Shown piece after piece: positions 48,991-59,452 of a DNA stretch of 64,000 nt. Numbering within the stretch: the stretch's first letter is position 1; every line of letters starts with the position of its first letter. The notes beneath the pieces were generated by a model, which was given only the letters and a program-made list of their open reading frames with translations, was not told where the DNA came from and did no database searches. The stretch spans positions 224,001 to 288,000 of the forward strand of contig OY762209.1 in the NCBI GenBank assembly GCA_963665295.1, in the 5' to 3' direction. The DNA is from Syntrophorhabdaceae bacterium. GTDB lineage: Bacteria > Desulfobacterota > Syntrophorhabdia > Syntrophorhabdales > Syntrophorhabdaceae. Both the position numbers and the translations under genes were made by a program.

Positions 48991-51111
48991 TCAGGAGGCG
49001 GTACGCGGGCCTCTCAGCACGATTAGTGCGTCGGCGGCAATAGGCGCATCTCCGTCAAGCATGACGGGGTTGATATCCACTTCCTTGATTTCCGGGTGCT
49101 CGACCCCTATGTCACCCAATCTTACGAGAATGTCGGCAAGGCGCTCCATATCCGCGGCCGGCATGCCGCGAAAAGGACCGAGAACCTTTCCGGCCGCGAT
49201 CCCCCTCATCATGTCTACCGCCTCCGCCTTCTTCAACGGCGCTACCCGATAGGAAATATCCTGCAGAACCTCCGCGAAGACGCCACCCAGGCCGAACATT
49301 ACACAGGGGCCGAAGTGGGCGTCGTTGATCAGTCCGATGATAAGCTCCCTGCTCCCCTTGATCATCCGTTGAACGAGTACGGAGCGCTGCCCGGCTCCAC
49401 TCGCCTCCATTATTTCCCTGTACGCCTCCGTCCCTTGGGCGAGGGTCCTGATGTCGAGGTATACGAGACCGAGTTCAGTCTTGTGCGCCATGCCGGGGCC
49501 GCCCGCCTTAATGACGCAGGGAAATCCGATATCCGTCAGGGCTCGTTTGAAGTCCTCGAAATTATGCACTTCTTTCTCTTCGGTAACGGGGATGCCTCCG
49601 GCCCGCAACACCTGCTTTGATGCATGCTCCGTGAGTATGGTCCTGCCTTCCCCTTGAGCCGCCTGTACCTCGTCGAAGGTTAACGGAGGGTGCTTTGCCC
49701 CTTGGCCTGACGTTTCCTTCCCGGACAACGCCGTTGTTCTGAATTGTGCGTACTCCCACAATCGGGCCAAAATTCTGCAGGCCCTTGCCGGATCTGTATA
49801 GACCGGGATGCCGCCGGCCAGGAAAACCGGAAAATCCTCGGATACCGCCCGCATAGTCCCGGACATGGTGGCTACGGCAATGGGCTTACTCGCTCGCAAC
49901 GGTCCCATGGCTTCGATAATATCGTCCCTGAGTCGCTCGCCCCCTACTGCGGTGATAAGCAAAAGCATATCTATATCCTCGCGGGCGACTATCCTCACGG
50001 AATCCTTATGCACCCCGGGCGCCACAAGCGAAATAAAGCCCAGATCGACAGGGTTGCCCGCGGTCGTACCTGCGAGAGCAAGCGTTTCCCGAAGTCTCTC
50101 AAGGGTAAATGCGGAAAATTGAGGCACCTCCAGTCCCAACTCCACGCACAGGTCGGTGCTGCTCACGGCCATGCCGCCCGGTCCGCTGACGATGCCCACC
50201 CGTGGTCCCGCAGGCACCGGCTGGAGGTGGAAGGCATAGAGGCAGTCAAGCATTTCCTCGAAGCTCCCCACGCTGACGATCCCCGCCTGCCTTAGTGCGC
50301 CGTCCCACACCTTCCTTGAACCGGCCAGGGCGCCGGTATGAGACGCCGCGACCCTCGCGCCCGCTTCAGTGTTACCGCCTTTCCAGAGGATAATGGGCTT
50401 TCTTTTCGATATCTCTTTTGCCAGGGCGTAAAAGCGCCTGCCGTCCTTTATTCCCTCGATATATGCGACGATTGTCCTTGTGTCCGGGTCTTCTCCGAGG
50501 TACTCCAGAAAATCGGTTACCGAGAGGTCGCATTCGTTCCCGCAACTCACTGCCTTACTGAACCCGATCCCGTTCCCGTTCACAATGTGGGTGAGGAAAT
50601 CTGCAAAAAAGCCGCTCTGCGATACGAGGCCTACAGAACCTGTTATCCTGCCCCCTCCCGTGGGAAAAGGGAGCCTGGATGAGGGACAATGGATACCGAT
50701 GCAGTTCGGACCTATGATGCGAGAGCCTGTCCGGCGAGCGAGACGGACCATTTCCTGTTCGAGCCCCTTGCCCTTATCTCCCGTCTCCCCGAATCCTGAA
50801 GTCGTGATAACAATAGTCCTCACGCCCTTCGAAACACAACCCTCCACCGCTGCCTTTGCGGCGGCTGTAGGCGTGAGCACGATCGCCATATCCACGGGAC
50901 CGGGGATATCCCCGATATTTCCGTATGCCCGCACCCCCATGACCTCGCTTTCTCGCGGGTTCACCGGATAAAGGTCCTTAAACTCCATCTCTATAAAGCG
51001 TCCCGTAAGCAGCCGGCCGATCTTTCCCGCCTTGTTGGAAGCGCCGATCAGAGCTATGGACTTGGGATGGAAGATAGGGTCAAGCTCGGCAAACATTCCC
51101 GTCGCTGACAT
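48991..51111 (-). CDS. NDP-forming acyl-CoA synthetase (acetate-CoA ligase family, alpha-beta fusion)
   Basis: PKSIALIGAS, IIGPNC, SHTGALAG, HKTELG, FGLGG, EVDINP. Confidence 0.9.
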   Translation of the reverse strand: MSATGMFAELDPIFHPKSIALIGASNKAGKIGRLLTGRFIEMEFKDLYPVNPRESEVMGVRAYGNIGDIPGPVDMAIVLTPTAAAKAAVEGCVSKGVRTIVITTSGFGETGDKGKGLEQEMVRLARRTGSRIIGPNCIGIHCPSSRLPFPTGGGRITGSVGLVSQSGFFADFLTHIVNGNGIGFSKAVSCGNECDLSVTDFLEYLGEDPDTRTIVAYIEGIKDGRRFYALAKEISKRKPIILWKGGNTEAGARVAASHTGALAGSRKVWDGALRQAGIVSVGSFEEMLDCLYAFHLQPVPAGPRVGIVSGPGGMAVSSTDLCVELGLEVPQFSAFTLERLRETLALAGTTAGNPVDLGFISLVAPGVHKDSVRIVAREDIDMLLLITAVGGERLRDDIIEAMGPLRASKPIAVATMSGTMRAVSEDFPVFLAGGIPVYTDPARACRILARLWEYAQFRTTALSGKETSGQGAKHPPLTFDEVQAAQGEGRTILTEHASKQVLRAGGIPVTEEKEVHNFEDFKRALTDIGFPCVIKAGGPGMAHKTELGLVYLDIRTLAQGTEAYREIMEASGAGQRSVLVQRMIKGSRELIIGLINDAHFGPCVMFGLGGVFAEVLQDISYRVAPLKKAEAVDMMRGIAAGKVLGPFRGMPAADMERLADILVRLGDIGVEHPEIKEVDINPVMLDGDAPIAADALIVLRGPRTAS

Positions 51112-51551
51112 TCGGTCGTCTCCTCATTTCACTCCTGGAGGCTCAGTATTCGATGCATCATCACACCGTAATATGACTGGCGCCGACGGGATAGGCTCGG
51201 TTCCATGATTTCGATGGCTCTCACCGCCCGTTCCGCCATTCTCGGTCCAAGATATTGCTTCAGTTCTACTCCCGGGTCAAAACAATGTCAAATGAATTCC
51301 CCCATGACTCTGCTTCACCCGGCGGCGCCATTCCAACCGGCCTTCATCTCCGGCATCGACTGGTTAAGATATTCCAATTGTTGCCGTGGGGGAATAAGCG
51401 GGAGCATGACCGATCCTTAACTCGATTAAAGGGACGGCCTTTTTCCTGCTGTTGCGATAATGCCGGGACAACCCCTATCACACGATGGCGAGTAATAGAG
51501 CACCGAACAGGCGTGCGGTACGTTCCATTAATGTTCGTTTGTAGTTATGCG

Positions 51552-51593
51552 GAAACAGCAGCTCCGCTGAACTGCCTGCGGAGCTGCTGTTTC
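51552..51593 (-). terminator. Hairpin downstream of oxidase 3
   Basis: GAAACAGCAGCTCCGC/GCGGAGCTGCTGTTTC, 16-bp inverted repeat. Confidence 0.6.
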
Positions 51594-51618
51594 ACCTTTG
51601 AATCCTGGTCCGTTTGAT

Positions 51619-54600
51619 CTAATGGTTCACTAACTTCCAACCGGCATCGGTTACGGTCGCGAACAGCTGACCCCCCGTAAACGTTACGTTGCTCATATAC
51701 CAGACCGCGTTCGCGCCTGTCGAGTGTCTCCATAGCAGGTCGGGGTAGCCGTCGTTATTGAAGTCGCCTACGCCGGCTATCGCCCAGTTCAGATCGGCCT
51801 CGGTCGGGAGAGCGCCGGTCCCGATGAGCGTTGCTCCTGCGTCCATGTACCAGACCCTGTTCGCGCCTGTCGAGATGTTTCTCCACACCACGTCGGGATA
51901 GCCATCTCTGTCGAAGTCATCCCAACCGACAATCGTCCAGTTCGCATCGGCCTCGGTGGGGAGCGTCTTATCCCCTATGACCGTTACGCCATTCATATAC
52001 CAGACCGCGTTCGCGCCCGTCGAGTGTCTCCATAGCAGGTCGGGATGGCCGTCGTTGTTGAAATCTCTTACGCCGACTATCGCCCAGTTCGGATCGGCCT
52101 CGGTGGGGAGCGTACCGGTCCCGATCAGGGTAGCGGCATTCAAATACCAGACCCTGTTCGCGCCTGTCGAGATGTTTCTCCACACCACGTCGGGATGGCC
52201 GTCGTTATTGAAGTCATTCCAACCGACAATCGTCCAGTTCGCATCGGCCTCGGTCGGGAGCATCTGGTCCCCGATGAGCGTTACGCCATTCATATACCAG
52301 ACCGCGTTCGCGCCTGTCGAGTGTCTCCATAGCAGGTCGGGGTAGCCGTCATTGTTGAGGTCCCAAGGACTCGGCCGCTGCAGTACCATCGGCCGCATCA
52401 TGTCGTTCTCTTCATGGCTCAGGATGTGGCAGTGCCACACGTATTCCTGACCGAAGTTGTATAACCGGTTCGTCATCGGCGGCACAATATTACCCCCGTC
52501 CGTCGGGTCGATCTGCGAGAAGCCCATGTCGGAGCCCAGAGGGGTCGCCGGGTTCAAAGGACGAATGCTGTTGGGCAGAGAAAAAGGAACGCGGGGAACA
52601 ATCGGCCTCAAGGCAACGATGGTGTCTTCCAGAGGGCTCATCCTGACCGTGTCCTTCCATCCCAGTTCGTTGGGATCGGGCAGCCTGATAAATCCGTCCC
52701 AACCGACACGGTTCAGTACCTGCACGTCAAACAAGTGAAAATGAATCGGGTGGGTATCCACGCCGTTGTGGGTAATCCTCCAAATCTGCGTTTCGTTCGG
52801 ATTCACCACTTCAGTGGGGGGATCTACGAAGTTCTGGAGTACAAAATTCGCAATCGCCGCGTTGGTGAACGGCAATTCGAGGCCTAATTTGGCGCTCATC
52901 CGTCCGTAGTCATCAAAGGTCGCGCCCATTTCGTCATGGATGGCCTTCGGATCCATCGCGTAATTACTCACTATGGTGCCGTCAACCTTCTTGAAGCTGA
53001 TGGCGCCGTCGGAAATCCTCGAAATGCCCCAGTTGGGCCACGTAGCGGGGAAGGTGGTATTGTAGGCGGAGGTGTGGCCTGCGCCTGTGCCGTAAGCTGC
53101 CTGCCCCACGAGGATCGTCTCCTGGCCCGATGCGAAAGCGCCCGGCGTGGCCCCTGAGGCGAACGCGGCCTGAAGGGTGGCAAAGAAGGTCGTGTCGTAG
53201 TCATCCACCGGCGCCGAGCCACCCGCTCCCGCCACCGTGATCTGCATGACGGTCCTGATATTGGGTCCGGCACCTGCTGCAATGGCGGTGTAGCCGCCAA
53301 TGTCTGTCCGGTTCGGGGCGCCGGTATAGTAGTCATACTGGGGAACGAGGGCCGGGAACGCCGTAGGGGCGTCATTGTACAGAATCAGGGTCGCTCCCCC
53401 GTAATTCGTGAAATCAACGACCACATCCGCTCTTTCAGCAGGGCCGAGGAAAAGCGTACCACCACCCTGGTTCTGCTGAAGCACGTTCCCGAAGTTGAAC
53501 ATCGTGGGGTCGGTGTTCCACTGTACCGGGTGGTTGGGAAGCACTACAGGGGCCGGCAGAAAACCGCCCTCGCTTCCGACCTGGATAAACGCGGGACCTC
53601 TCTTCGCAGGATCAGGTACTCCGCCCTCCCTGCCGTCCGTAGGCCAGTTATTCGGGAATCCCCCGGTCAGCGCCGCGGGCACCATCCCCACTTCTGTCAG
53701 GGATGTGTATACCGCCGCAGTGGCGGTAGCCTGCACGCCTGCCCCCCCAGGCGGGGCGATGGTCACCGTGGGGGCTACCGTATAGCCGCTTCCCACGGTA
53801 TCAAGGGCAATGGCCGTAACAACACCGCCCGTCACTGTCGCGGTAGCGGTAGCGCCGGTTCCGTTGCCGCCGGCGATGGTCACCGCAGGTGCGGAGGTGT
53901 AGCCGGAACCGCCGCCGGTAACGGTGATGCCGCTTACGATCGGAGTCGCTCTGTAGAACTGGAGATTGAGGAACCTGTCATGCGCCGCGTTCAGGATCCG
54001 GAAACGATACTTCTGCGCCGACACTTGGTAGGTGGGGTAAACAGTGCCGTTGACCATCATGGTATCAAGAAATGCCTCGGCTCCCCACGATGGGTGGGGT
54101 GTGCCGGGCATTTGAGGCGGCTGCAACTCATTATAGTTGGGGTTGGCAGGATCAGCGTAGGGGTTTGCAACCGGCCCAAAATCGACGCAGAAGGGTTTCA
54201 CTGCGTCGGCGGACGACCCGCACACCGGGGTCGCCGGGAAAAACCATGGGCCATAATGCCAACGTCCGTACTGGTTGATCCCGCTCAAGTCTGGGTTATA
54301 AGGGTTCTGGGCGGGCATATATACGTGAGGCCACCAGAGGTCGCCCGTGACAGGCGTCGCCGTGGCGGGTTTCCCGGGGTTCGATCCCCATGCCCAGGTC
54401 GGGTCGGTAGTCATTACCGTAGCAGCGTTTACAAAGGTCTTGTCCTGGATAATGAGAGGAACCTGTGTGGAAGGGAGTGTTCCTGCGGCAAAGGTCCGAC
54501 CGTTGATAGTCCCACCCTGGACGAGGGCCGTCTCCACCGGGTCTTGTATCAGGTAGCCTGCCGCATTGCCCGCGTACACATTAAGACGGGTGATGCCCCA

Positions 54601-55512
54601 GGCATGGTCGTGATAGAACAGCAGCCTGGCGCTTTGCTGGTTGGTGTAGTAATAAGTCTGCGATCCCTGGCCGGGATTGTTGGTGGCGCCCGAAACAGCG
54701 CAGGTCGTCTGACCCGCGCAACCGGTGATGGTTGCTCCTGCCGCGGTAAACCACATGTCAGGCACATACGAAACGCTCACGCCCTTGCGGTAGGAAGTGG
54801 TCTCCGCCGCAGGCGTGATCCACTGGTGGGGAGTGCCGTCGCTGATCCATGGGGTGTGGCCTCCATGGAGATGGAGGTTCGCCCTGTTCTGGGTGAAGGT
54901 GCCGGTTATTGTCGAAATCGGAGCCTTTGTTACGGGGTCGTAGTTGATTTCAAAGCTCCCCGAACCCATTACGCTGCCGTCTACGGGAAGAAAAAGATCA
55001 CCCCCCGTCCCCGCGGGGAGGCTGTTGGTAAACTTGATGCGTACGGGCCTGTCTTTCTGGGCGATAATCAAGGGCCCAAGATAGTGGGGCACCAGCAGGT
55101 CGGCTCCGCCGTTCGTCTGGCGGTACCCTCTCAGCTTGGTGCCGCCGCTTGTGGCGGTCGTCTTATCCGAACCGCTGACGGCCGGAATTTGCGAGTGCAT
55201 CCTCTCTCGATACTGCACGAGCTCGATCTCATAATAATCGGACCCCGGATAGGTGCTCTGGTCCGCAACGGCAACAGGAATGCACTGTCCCAGATTGTTG
55301 GGAGTAGTGCACCCCAGGGGGGCCAGGGTATCCATGAATTTGGTGAACGCCGGACTGTTTGCCCAGTTCGGCGTAAGAAAATAGTCGGGAACGTAGTATC
55401 CGTTAGCCCCCACATCAAGCGCCTGCGCGGGAGGCGCCCCCTTTCCCCAAGGGAGGGCGGCTAATATCAGCGCCAGACCGATAACCACGGCAAAACCTCT
55501 ACTCTTCGACAT
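51619..55512 (-). CDS. Exported multicopper oxidase 3 (OmpB-like) with GSGYT-repeat insertion and five FG-GAP repeats
   Basis: HLHG, FYHDH, HPIHFH and [14 protein letters not shown] motifs, signal peptide, GAGGAGG RBS. Confidence 0.92.
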   Translation of the reverse strand: MSKSRGFAVVIGLALILAALPWGKGAPPAQALDVGANGYYVPDYFLTPNWANSPAFTKFMDTLAPLGCTTPNNLGQCIPVAVADQSTYPGSDYYEIELVQYRERMHSQIPAVSGSDKTTATSGGTKLRGYRQTNGGADLLVPHYLGPLIIAQKDRPVRIKFTNSLPAGTGGDLFLPVDGSVMGSGSFEINYDPVTKAPISTITGTFTQNRANLHLHGGHTPWISDGTPHQWITPAAETTSYRKGVSVSYVPDMWFTAAGATITGCAGQTTCAVSGATNNPGQGSQTYYYTNQQSARLLFYHDHAWGITRLNVYAGNAAGYLIQDPVETALVQGGTINGRTFAAGTLPSTQVPLIIQDKTFVNAATVMTTDPTWAWGSNPGKPATATPVTGDLWWPHVYMPAQNPYNPDLSGINQYGRWHYGPWFFPATPVCGSSADAVKPFCVDFGPVANPYADPANPNYNELQPPQMPGTPHPSWGAEAFLDTMMVNGTVYPTYQVSAQKYRFRILNAAHDRFLNLQFYRATPIVSGITVTGGGSGYTSAPAVTIAGGNGTGATATATVTGGVVTAIALDTVGSGYTVAPTVTIAPPGGAGVQATATAAVYTSLTEVGMVPAALTGGFPNNWPTDGREGGVPDPAKRGPAFIQVGSEGGFLPAPVVLPNHPVQWNTDPTMFNFGNVLQQNQGGGTLFLGPAERADVVVDFTNYGGATLILYNDAPTAFPALVPQYDYYTGAPNRTDIGGYTAIAAGAGPNIRTVMQITVAGAGGSAPVDDYDTTFFATLQAAFASGATPGAFASGQETILVGQAAYGTGAGHTSAYNTTFPATWPNWGISRISDGAISFKKVDGTIVSNYAMDPKAIHDEMGATFDDYGRMSAKLGLELPFTNAAIANFVLQNFVDPPTEVVNPNETQIWRITHNGVDTHPIHFHLFDVQVLNRVGWDGFIRLPDPNELGWKDTVRMSPLEDTIVALRPIVPRVPFSLPNSIRPLNPATPLGSDMGFSQIDPTDGGNIVPPMTNRLYNFGQEYVWHCHILSHEENDMMRPMVLQRPSPWDLNNDGYPDLLWRHSTGANAVWYMNGVTLIGDQMLPTEADANWTIVGWNDFNNDGHPDVVWRNISTGANRVWYLNAATLIGTGTLPTEADPNWAIVGVRDFNNDGHPDLLWRHSTGANAVWYMNGVTVIGDKTLPTEADANWTIVGWDDFDRDGYPDVVWRNISTGANRVWYMDAGATLIGTGALPTEADLNWAIAGVGDFNNDGYPDLLWRHSTGANAVWYMSNVTFTGGQLFATVTDAGWKLVNH

Positions 55513-55529
55513 TTCTTCCTCCTCTTCTA

Positions 55530-56015
55530 ATGAAGTCTGTCAAGCATATAATTACTGCCCGTTAAGACTATGTTCACGTTGTGGCGGCTTCCAGCCTTTT
55601 TGACCCCTCTATCCAACCTCTTTTGTTCTCCGGGCCTTATGCCCAACTTACGTTATACAGATCTAAAGGGGCGGTGGAAGTTGACCAAGCTTTGTCGTAC
55701 AGGCCTTATGCCTTCGAGGATCCACGATCCTCCTTCCACCACAACGTATCTCCTTATGCCGCCCGGGCGCAGCTCATTTCTTCCGTAAACATCCTACTGT
55801 CGCGCATCAGTGCAAAGATCACCCTTATGAACTTGATGATCATGGCGCAGAGTGCCTCCTTCATTTTGAGCGGACGAAGCAGTCCTTTCCGTTTGTTCTC
55901 GTAATACTCCTTGAAGAACACGGTCCTATGGACTATCCTCATTGCCATGAAGTAGAGGCATCTCCTTAAGAGCCGCAGTCCTTTCTTGGAAACGATCTCT
56001 CGCCGGCCCCTTGAC
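55530..56015 (-). mobile_element. IS110-family remnant: transposase C-terminal fragment (55754-~56015) plus right end
   Basis: SKKGLRLLRRCLYFMAM...FKEYY...KEALCAMIIKFIRVIFALMRD..F is typical of the IS110 C-terminus. Outward-facing TTGACA at 55543-55538. Confidence 0.75.
55576..55747 (-). ncRNA. Candidate IS110/IS1111 bridge (seek) RNA in the element's right end
   Basis: Starts just after the transposase stop. 12-bp closing stem with a G-U pair on the minus strand, and two GGC-AUAAG-GCC hairpins. Confidence 0.5.
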
Positions 56016-56024
56016 TGATAAGAA

Positions 56025-56041
56025 CGCAATATGCGTGCCGC
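56025..56041 (-). promoter_or_regulatory. Sigma-54 promoter upstream of the IS remnant and oxidase 3
   Basis: Minus strand reads CGGCACGCATATTGCG (GG-N10-GC). Confidence 0.75.
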
Positions 56042-56125
56042 AACTCCGCCAACCTAAATATACCACAATTTCCTGCATATACGGTAAAGTAGGAGATTTG
56101 ATGAAGCGTCCCTGTATCGAAAATC

Positions 56126-56182
56126 GTCTTGAAAAGCAAGAATGTGTCTTGAAAAGCAAGAATGTGTCTTGAAAAGCAAGAA
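56126..56182. repeat. Perfect 20-bp tandem repeat forming three GTCTTG-N5-CAAGAA enhancer-like sites
   Basis: GTCTTGAAAAGCAAGAA(TGT) starts at 56126, 56146 and 56166. Confidence 0.85.
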
Positions 56183-56422
56183 CGCAAGACGTTCGAGGGC
56201 GCCCGGTATAAGCTCCGGGGTCTTGTCTCCAACATGGAGTGGACGGGAGAAAAGTACGCGCCAAAACGACCTACAGGAGTACCTGTGCCATGTTTCCATA
56301 AACGATAAGGATGCAGTGAATCCTCCTTTAATGTTTGAAAACGGGGCTATTGACTGGAATAATGGTTCGGACGTCATAAGGAGGGGGAAAGCAGGTGATG
56401 CATTTGGGGAGGACGGCGTGAT

Positions 56423-56451
56423 TTGACAAAAACGCCCAAAATCCTTATAAT
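56423..56451 (+). promoter_or_regulatory. Consensus sigma-70 promoter of the moxR-vWA pair
   Basis: TTGACA-N17-TATAAT. Confidence 0.8.
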
Positions 56452-56490
56452 ATCCGTGATATTTTTCACTATCATAAGGAGGCTGCAAAG

Positions 56491-57345
56491 ATGAGTAATA
56501 CCGCTCAAGGTTATAAAGGAAGTGATGACTATATAGCGTCCAAGCCGCTCATGGAGATCGTCAACGTGGCGATTGCACTCGGAAAACCCCTCGTAATCAA
56601 GGGCGAGCCGGGCACGGGCAAAACGCTGCTCGCGCACAGCATTTCCGGGGCTCTCAACAAGAAGCTCTATATATGGAACATAAAATCATCCACTAAGGCG
56701 AAAGACGGCCTCTACGTGTATGACACGGTCCAGAGACTGAACGACGCCCGGTTCAAAGATAAAGACATTACCGACATCAGGCAGTATATCAAGATGGGCA
56801 AGCTCGGCCAGGCATTCAAGGCCGACGAGAAAGTGGTGCTCCTCATAGACGAGATCGACAAGGCGGATGTGGAATTTCCCAACGACCTTCTGAACGAGCT
56901 GGACGAAATGACCTTTCACATACCCGAACTGGACGAAGAAGTCGTGGCCAAACACAGACCGGTCGTCATCATCACGAGCAACTCCGAAAAAGAGCTTCCC
57001 GACGCATTCCTGAGAAGGTGCATATTCCACTACATCGAATTCCCCGACCAGGACATGATGGAGAGGATCGTAAAGGTCCACTATCCCGACATAGAGAACA
57101 AACTCATGAAAGAGGCGATCAAGCGGTTCTACTGGATACGCGAAGTCGAGGGTCTGAGGAAGAAACCCTCCACGAGCGAACTCATCGACTGGATAAAGGC
57201 CCTTTCCCTGGGCGGCATCAGCGTCGACAAGATAACGGCCGAGATACCCTTCCTCGGGACCGTCCTCAAGAACGAGCTCGACACGGAACGGTTCGTAAAG
57301 ATGTCACAGGGACACGGAAATCTTGGGTTTAAGAGAAGATTCTAA
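56491..57345 (+). CDS. MoxR-family AAA+ ATPase
   Basis: GEPGTGKT, LLIDEIDKAD, TSNSEKELPDAFLRRC. Confidence 0.9.
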   Translation: MSNTAQGYKGSDDYIASKPLMEIVNVAIALGKPLVIKGEPGTGKTLLAHSISGALNKKLYIWNIKSSTKAKDGLYVYDTVQRLNDARFKDKDITDIRQYIKMGKLGQAFKADEKVVLLIDEIDKADVEFPNDLLNELDEMTFHIPELDEEVVAKHRPVVIITSNSEKELPDAFLRRCIFHYIEFPDQDMMERIVKVHYPDIENKLMKEAIKRFYWIREVEGLRKKPSTSELIDWIKALSLGGISVDKITAEIPFLGTVLKNELDTERFVKMSQGHGNLGFKRRF

Positions 57346-58562
57346 TGTTCACCAATTTTTACTATATTCTGAGGAACAAAGGGGTGCCCGTCTCGGTTAC
57401 GGAATGGGTGTCCTTCATGGAAGCCCTTTACAACGGCCATTTTCAATCGAGCCTGAACCACCTCTACTACGTGGGCCGTGCATTCCTTGTAAAAAGCGAA
57501 GCCTATTACGATCAGTTCGACCTTGCCTTCAAGGAATACTTCGGCGGCATAAAAACAGACGACGTGGACCTGTCCAAGGTCCTCGACTGGCTCGATAACC
57601 CCCTTAACAAGCTCCCGCGGCTCTCCAAAGAGGAGATAGCCGAGATGCAGCAGCGGATGGAAGAATTCCGCAAACAGCACGACATGGAAGAGCTTATGAG
57701 GCAGTTCCGTGAGAGGCTGAAGGAGCAGACGGAGAGACATGACGGGGGCAGCAAGTGGATCGGCACAGGAGGAAAGTCCCCCTTCGGCGCCTACGGGAAC
57801 CATCCGGGCGGCATAAGGGTCGGGGGCGAATCCTGGATGCAGTCCGCCGCCAAGGTTGCAGACGAGCGGAGGTTCAGGAATTACCGCAACGACATCATCC
57901 TCGACGTGAGACAGACAAAACTTGCCCTCAAGAAACTGAGGGAACTGAAGCGTGAAGGCGCCCAGGAAGAGCTCGACATCGATGCTACCATCGATAAGAC
58001 GGCAAAAGAGGGCGGCGAGATAGAACTCGTATTCAACAGGTCGAGGGAAAACTCGGTGAGAATTATCCTCCTCATGGATACGGGCGGGTCCATGCTTCCT
58101 TACACGGAACTCTGCGAGAGGCTTTTTTCCGCTGCATCCCAGATGGAGCACTTCAAGGAATTCAAATATTTCTTTTTCCACAACAGTATATATCAGGATA
58201 TCTACGAAGACATTGCGAACTACAAGCGGATACCCACAGAGAAGTTCTTGTCCAATTTTGACAAACGGTACAAACTGGTCTTCGTCGGAGACGCGAGGAT
58301 GGCCTTTTCGGAGCTTTTCGACGTGAACGGCTGCATCGATTACTTTTCCTCGAACGATACGCCGTCCATAGAATGGCTTATAAAGATCAGGGAACAATTC
58401 CCCGACTCGGTGTGGCTGAACCCCACCCACAGGAATTACTGGGGACACTATACGGTCGATACTATAGGGAAGGTCTTCCCTATGTTCGAGCTTACTATCG
58501 ATGGACTGAAAGACGCGATCAAGTCTTTGAAGTCGAGGTCGAAACGGCCCATCCCGAACTAA
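57345..58562 (+). CDS. VWA-domain (CoxE-like) partner protein
   Basis: MIDAS-like DTGGSM, VGDA and VWLNP motifs. Coupled to moxR. Confidence 0.85.
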   Translation: MFTNFYYILRNKGVPVSVTEWVSFMEALYNGHFQSSLNHLYYVGRAFLVKSEAYYDQFDLAFKEYFGGIKTDDVDLSKVLDWLDNPLNKLPRLSKEEIAEMQQRMEEFRKQHDMEELMRQFRERLKEQTERHDGGSKWIGTGGKSPFGAYGNHPGGIRVGGESWMQSAAKVADERRFRNYRNDIILDVRQTKLALKKLRELKREGAQEELDIDATIDKTAKEGGEIELVFNRSRENSVRIILLMDTGGSMLPYTELCERLFSAASQMEHFKEFKYFFFHNSIYQDIYEDIANYKRIPTEKFLSNFDKRYKLVFVGDARMAFSELFDVNGCIDYFSSNDTPSIEWLIKIREQFPDSVWLNPTHRNYWGHYTVDTIGKVFPMFELTIDGLKDAIKSLKSRSKRPIPN

Positions 58563-58619
58563 CCCGCTGTCCTTCGAAATAAGTCTTAAGTTTTTCGGGG
58601 ATTTGCTTTATACTTTACC

Positions 58620-59393
58620 GTGCCTTTCAAGAAGCTCTTATATTTCTTCTACGCAAGGATCCTCGAACGGGACGTCAAAAGAGATGAATTGCCCACCCAC
58701 ATAGGCCTCATCCTTGACGGCAACAGGAGATACGCGAGAGAGATGGGCTTCGAAGACGTAACCAAAGGTCACGTGGAAGGGGCCCGGAAGCTGGATGACG
58801 TGCTGCAATGGTGCGCGGAACTCGACATCAAGATCGTCACCATCTGGGTATTTTCCACGGACAACTCCCAGAGGGACAAGGACGAGATAGAAGGTCTCCT
58901 CAGGGTCATAGAGAGGAAGATAGACGAACTCTCAAAGAACCCCATAATCAGGCTGAACGGATTCAGGATCAAGGTCCTGGGGAACCTCGAACTCCTACCC
59001 GACAGGCTCAAGGAGACAATCAGGCGATGTGAGGACCGCACCAAGGACAACGAGGACCGGATACTCAATATCGCCGTGGGTTACGGAGGAAGAGAAGAGA
59101 TAGTCGAGGCCGTGAAGCGGGCCATCAGGGAAAAAGGTGCTTCGGGAGCGGAAGACCTCGCCGGAAGCATCACCATGGACGACATAACGAGCAACCTTTA
59201 CACGGTCGGCATTCCCGATCCCGACCTCATCATCAGGACGAGCGGCGAGATACGCCTGAGCGGCTTCCTTCTGTGGCAGAGCGCATATAGCGAGTTCTAC
59301 TTTTGTGATGCCTTCTGGCCGGTGTTCAGAAAGATAGACTTTTTGAGGGCAATAAGAAGTTATCAGCAGCGGAGCCGGAGATTCGGAAAATAA
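58620..59393 (+). CDS. uppS: cis-prenyltransferase (undecaprenyl diphosphate synthase family)
   Basis: ILDGNRR, FSTDN, YGGR, PDPDLIIRTSGE.RLSGFLLWQ. Confidence 0.9.
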   Translation: MPFKKLLYFFYARILERDVKRDELPTHIGLILDGNRRYAREMGFEDVTKGHVEGARKLDDVLQWCAELDIKIVTIWVFSTDNSQRDKDEIEGLLRVIERKIDELSKNPIIRLNGFRIKVLGNLELLPDRLKETIRRCEDRTKDNEDRILNIAVGYGGREEIVEAVKRAIREKGASGAEDLAGSITMDDITSNLYTVGIPDPDLIIRTSGEIRLSGFLLWQSAYSEFYFCDAFWPVFRKIDFLRAIRSYQQRSRRFGK

Positions 59394-59452
59394 CGAAGGA
59401 CCAGGAGGACCCGATTGGTACATGACACCTCACCGGCAATGGCAACCCGGTC

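Noticed and set aside
56491..58562. MoxR-VWA pair as oxidase maturation factor
   Set aside because: A common gene pair with its own consensus sigma-70 promoter. Adjacency alone is insufficient.
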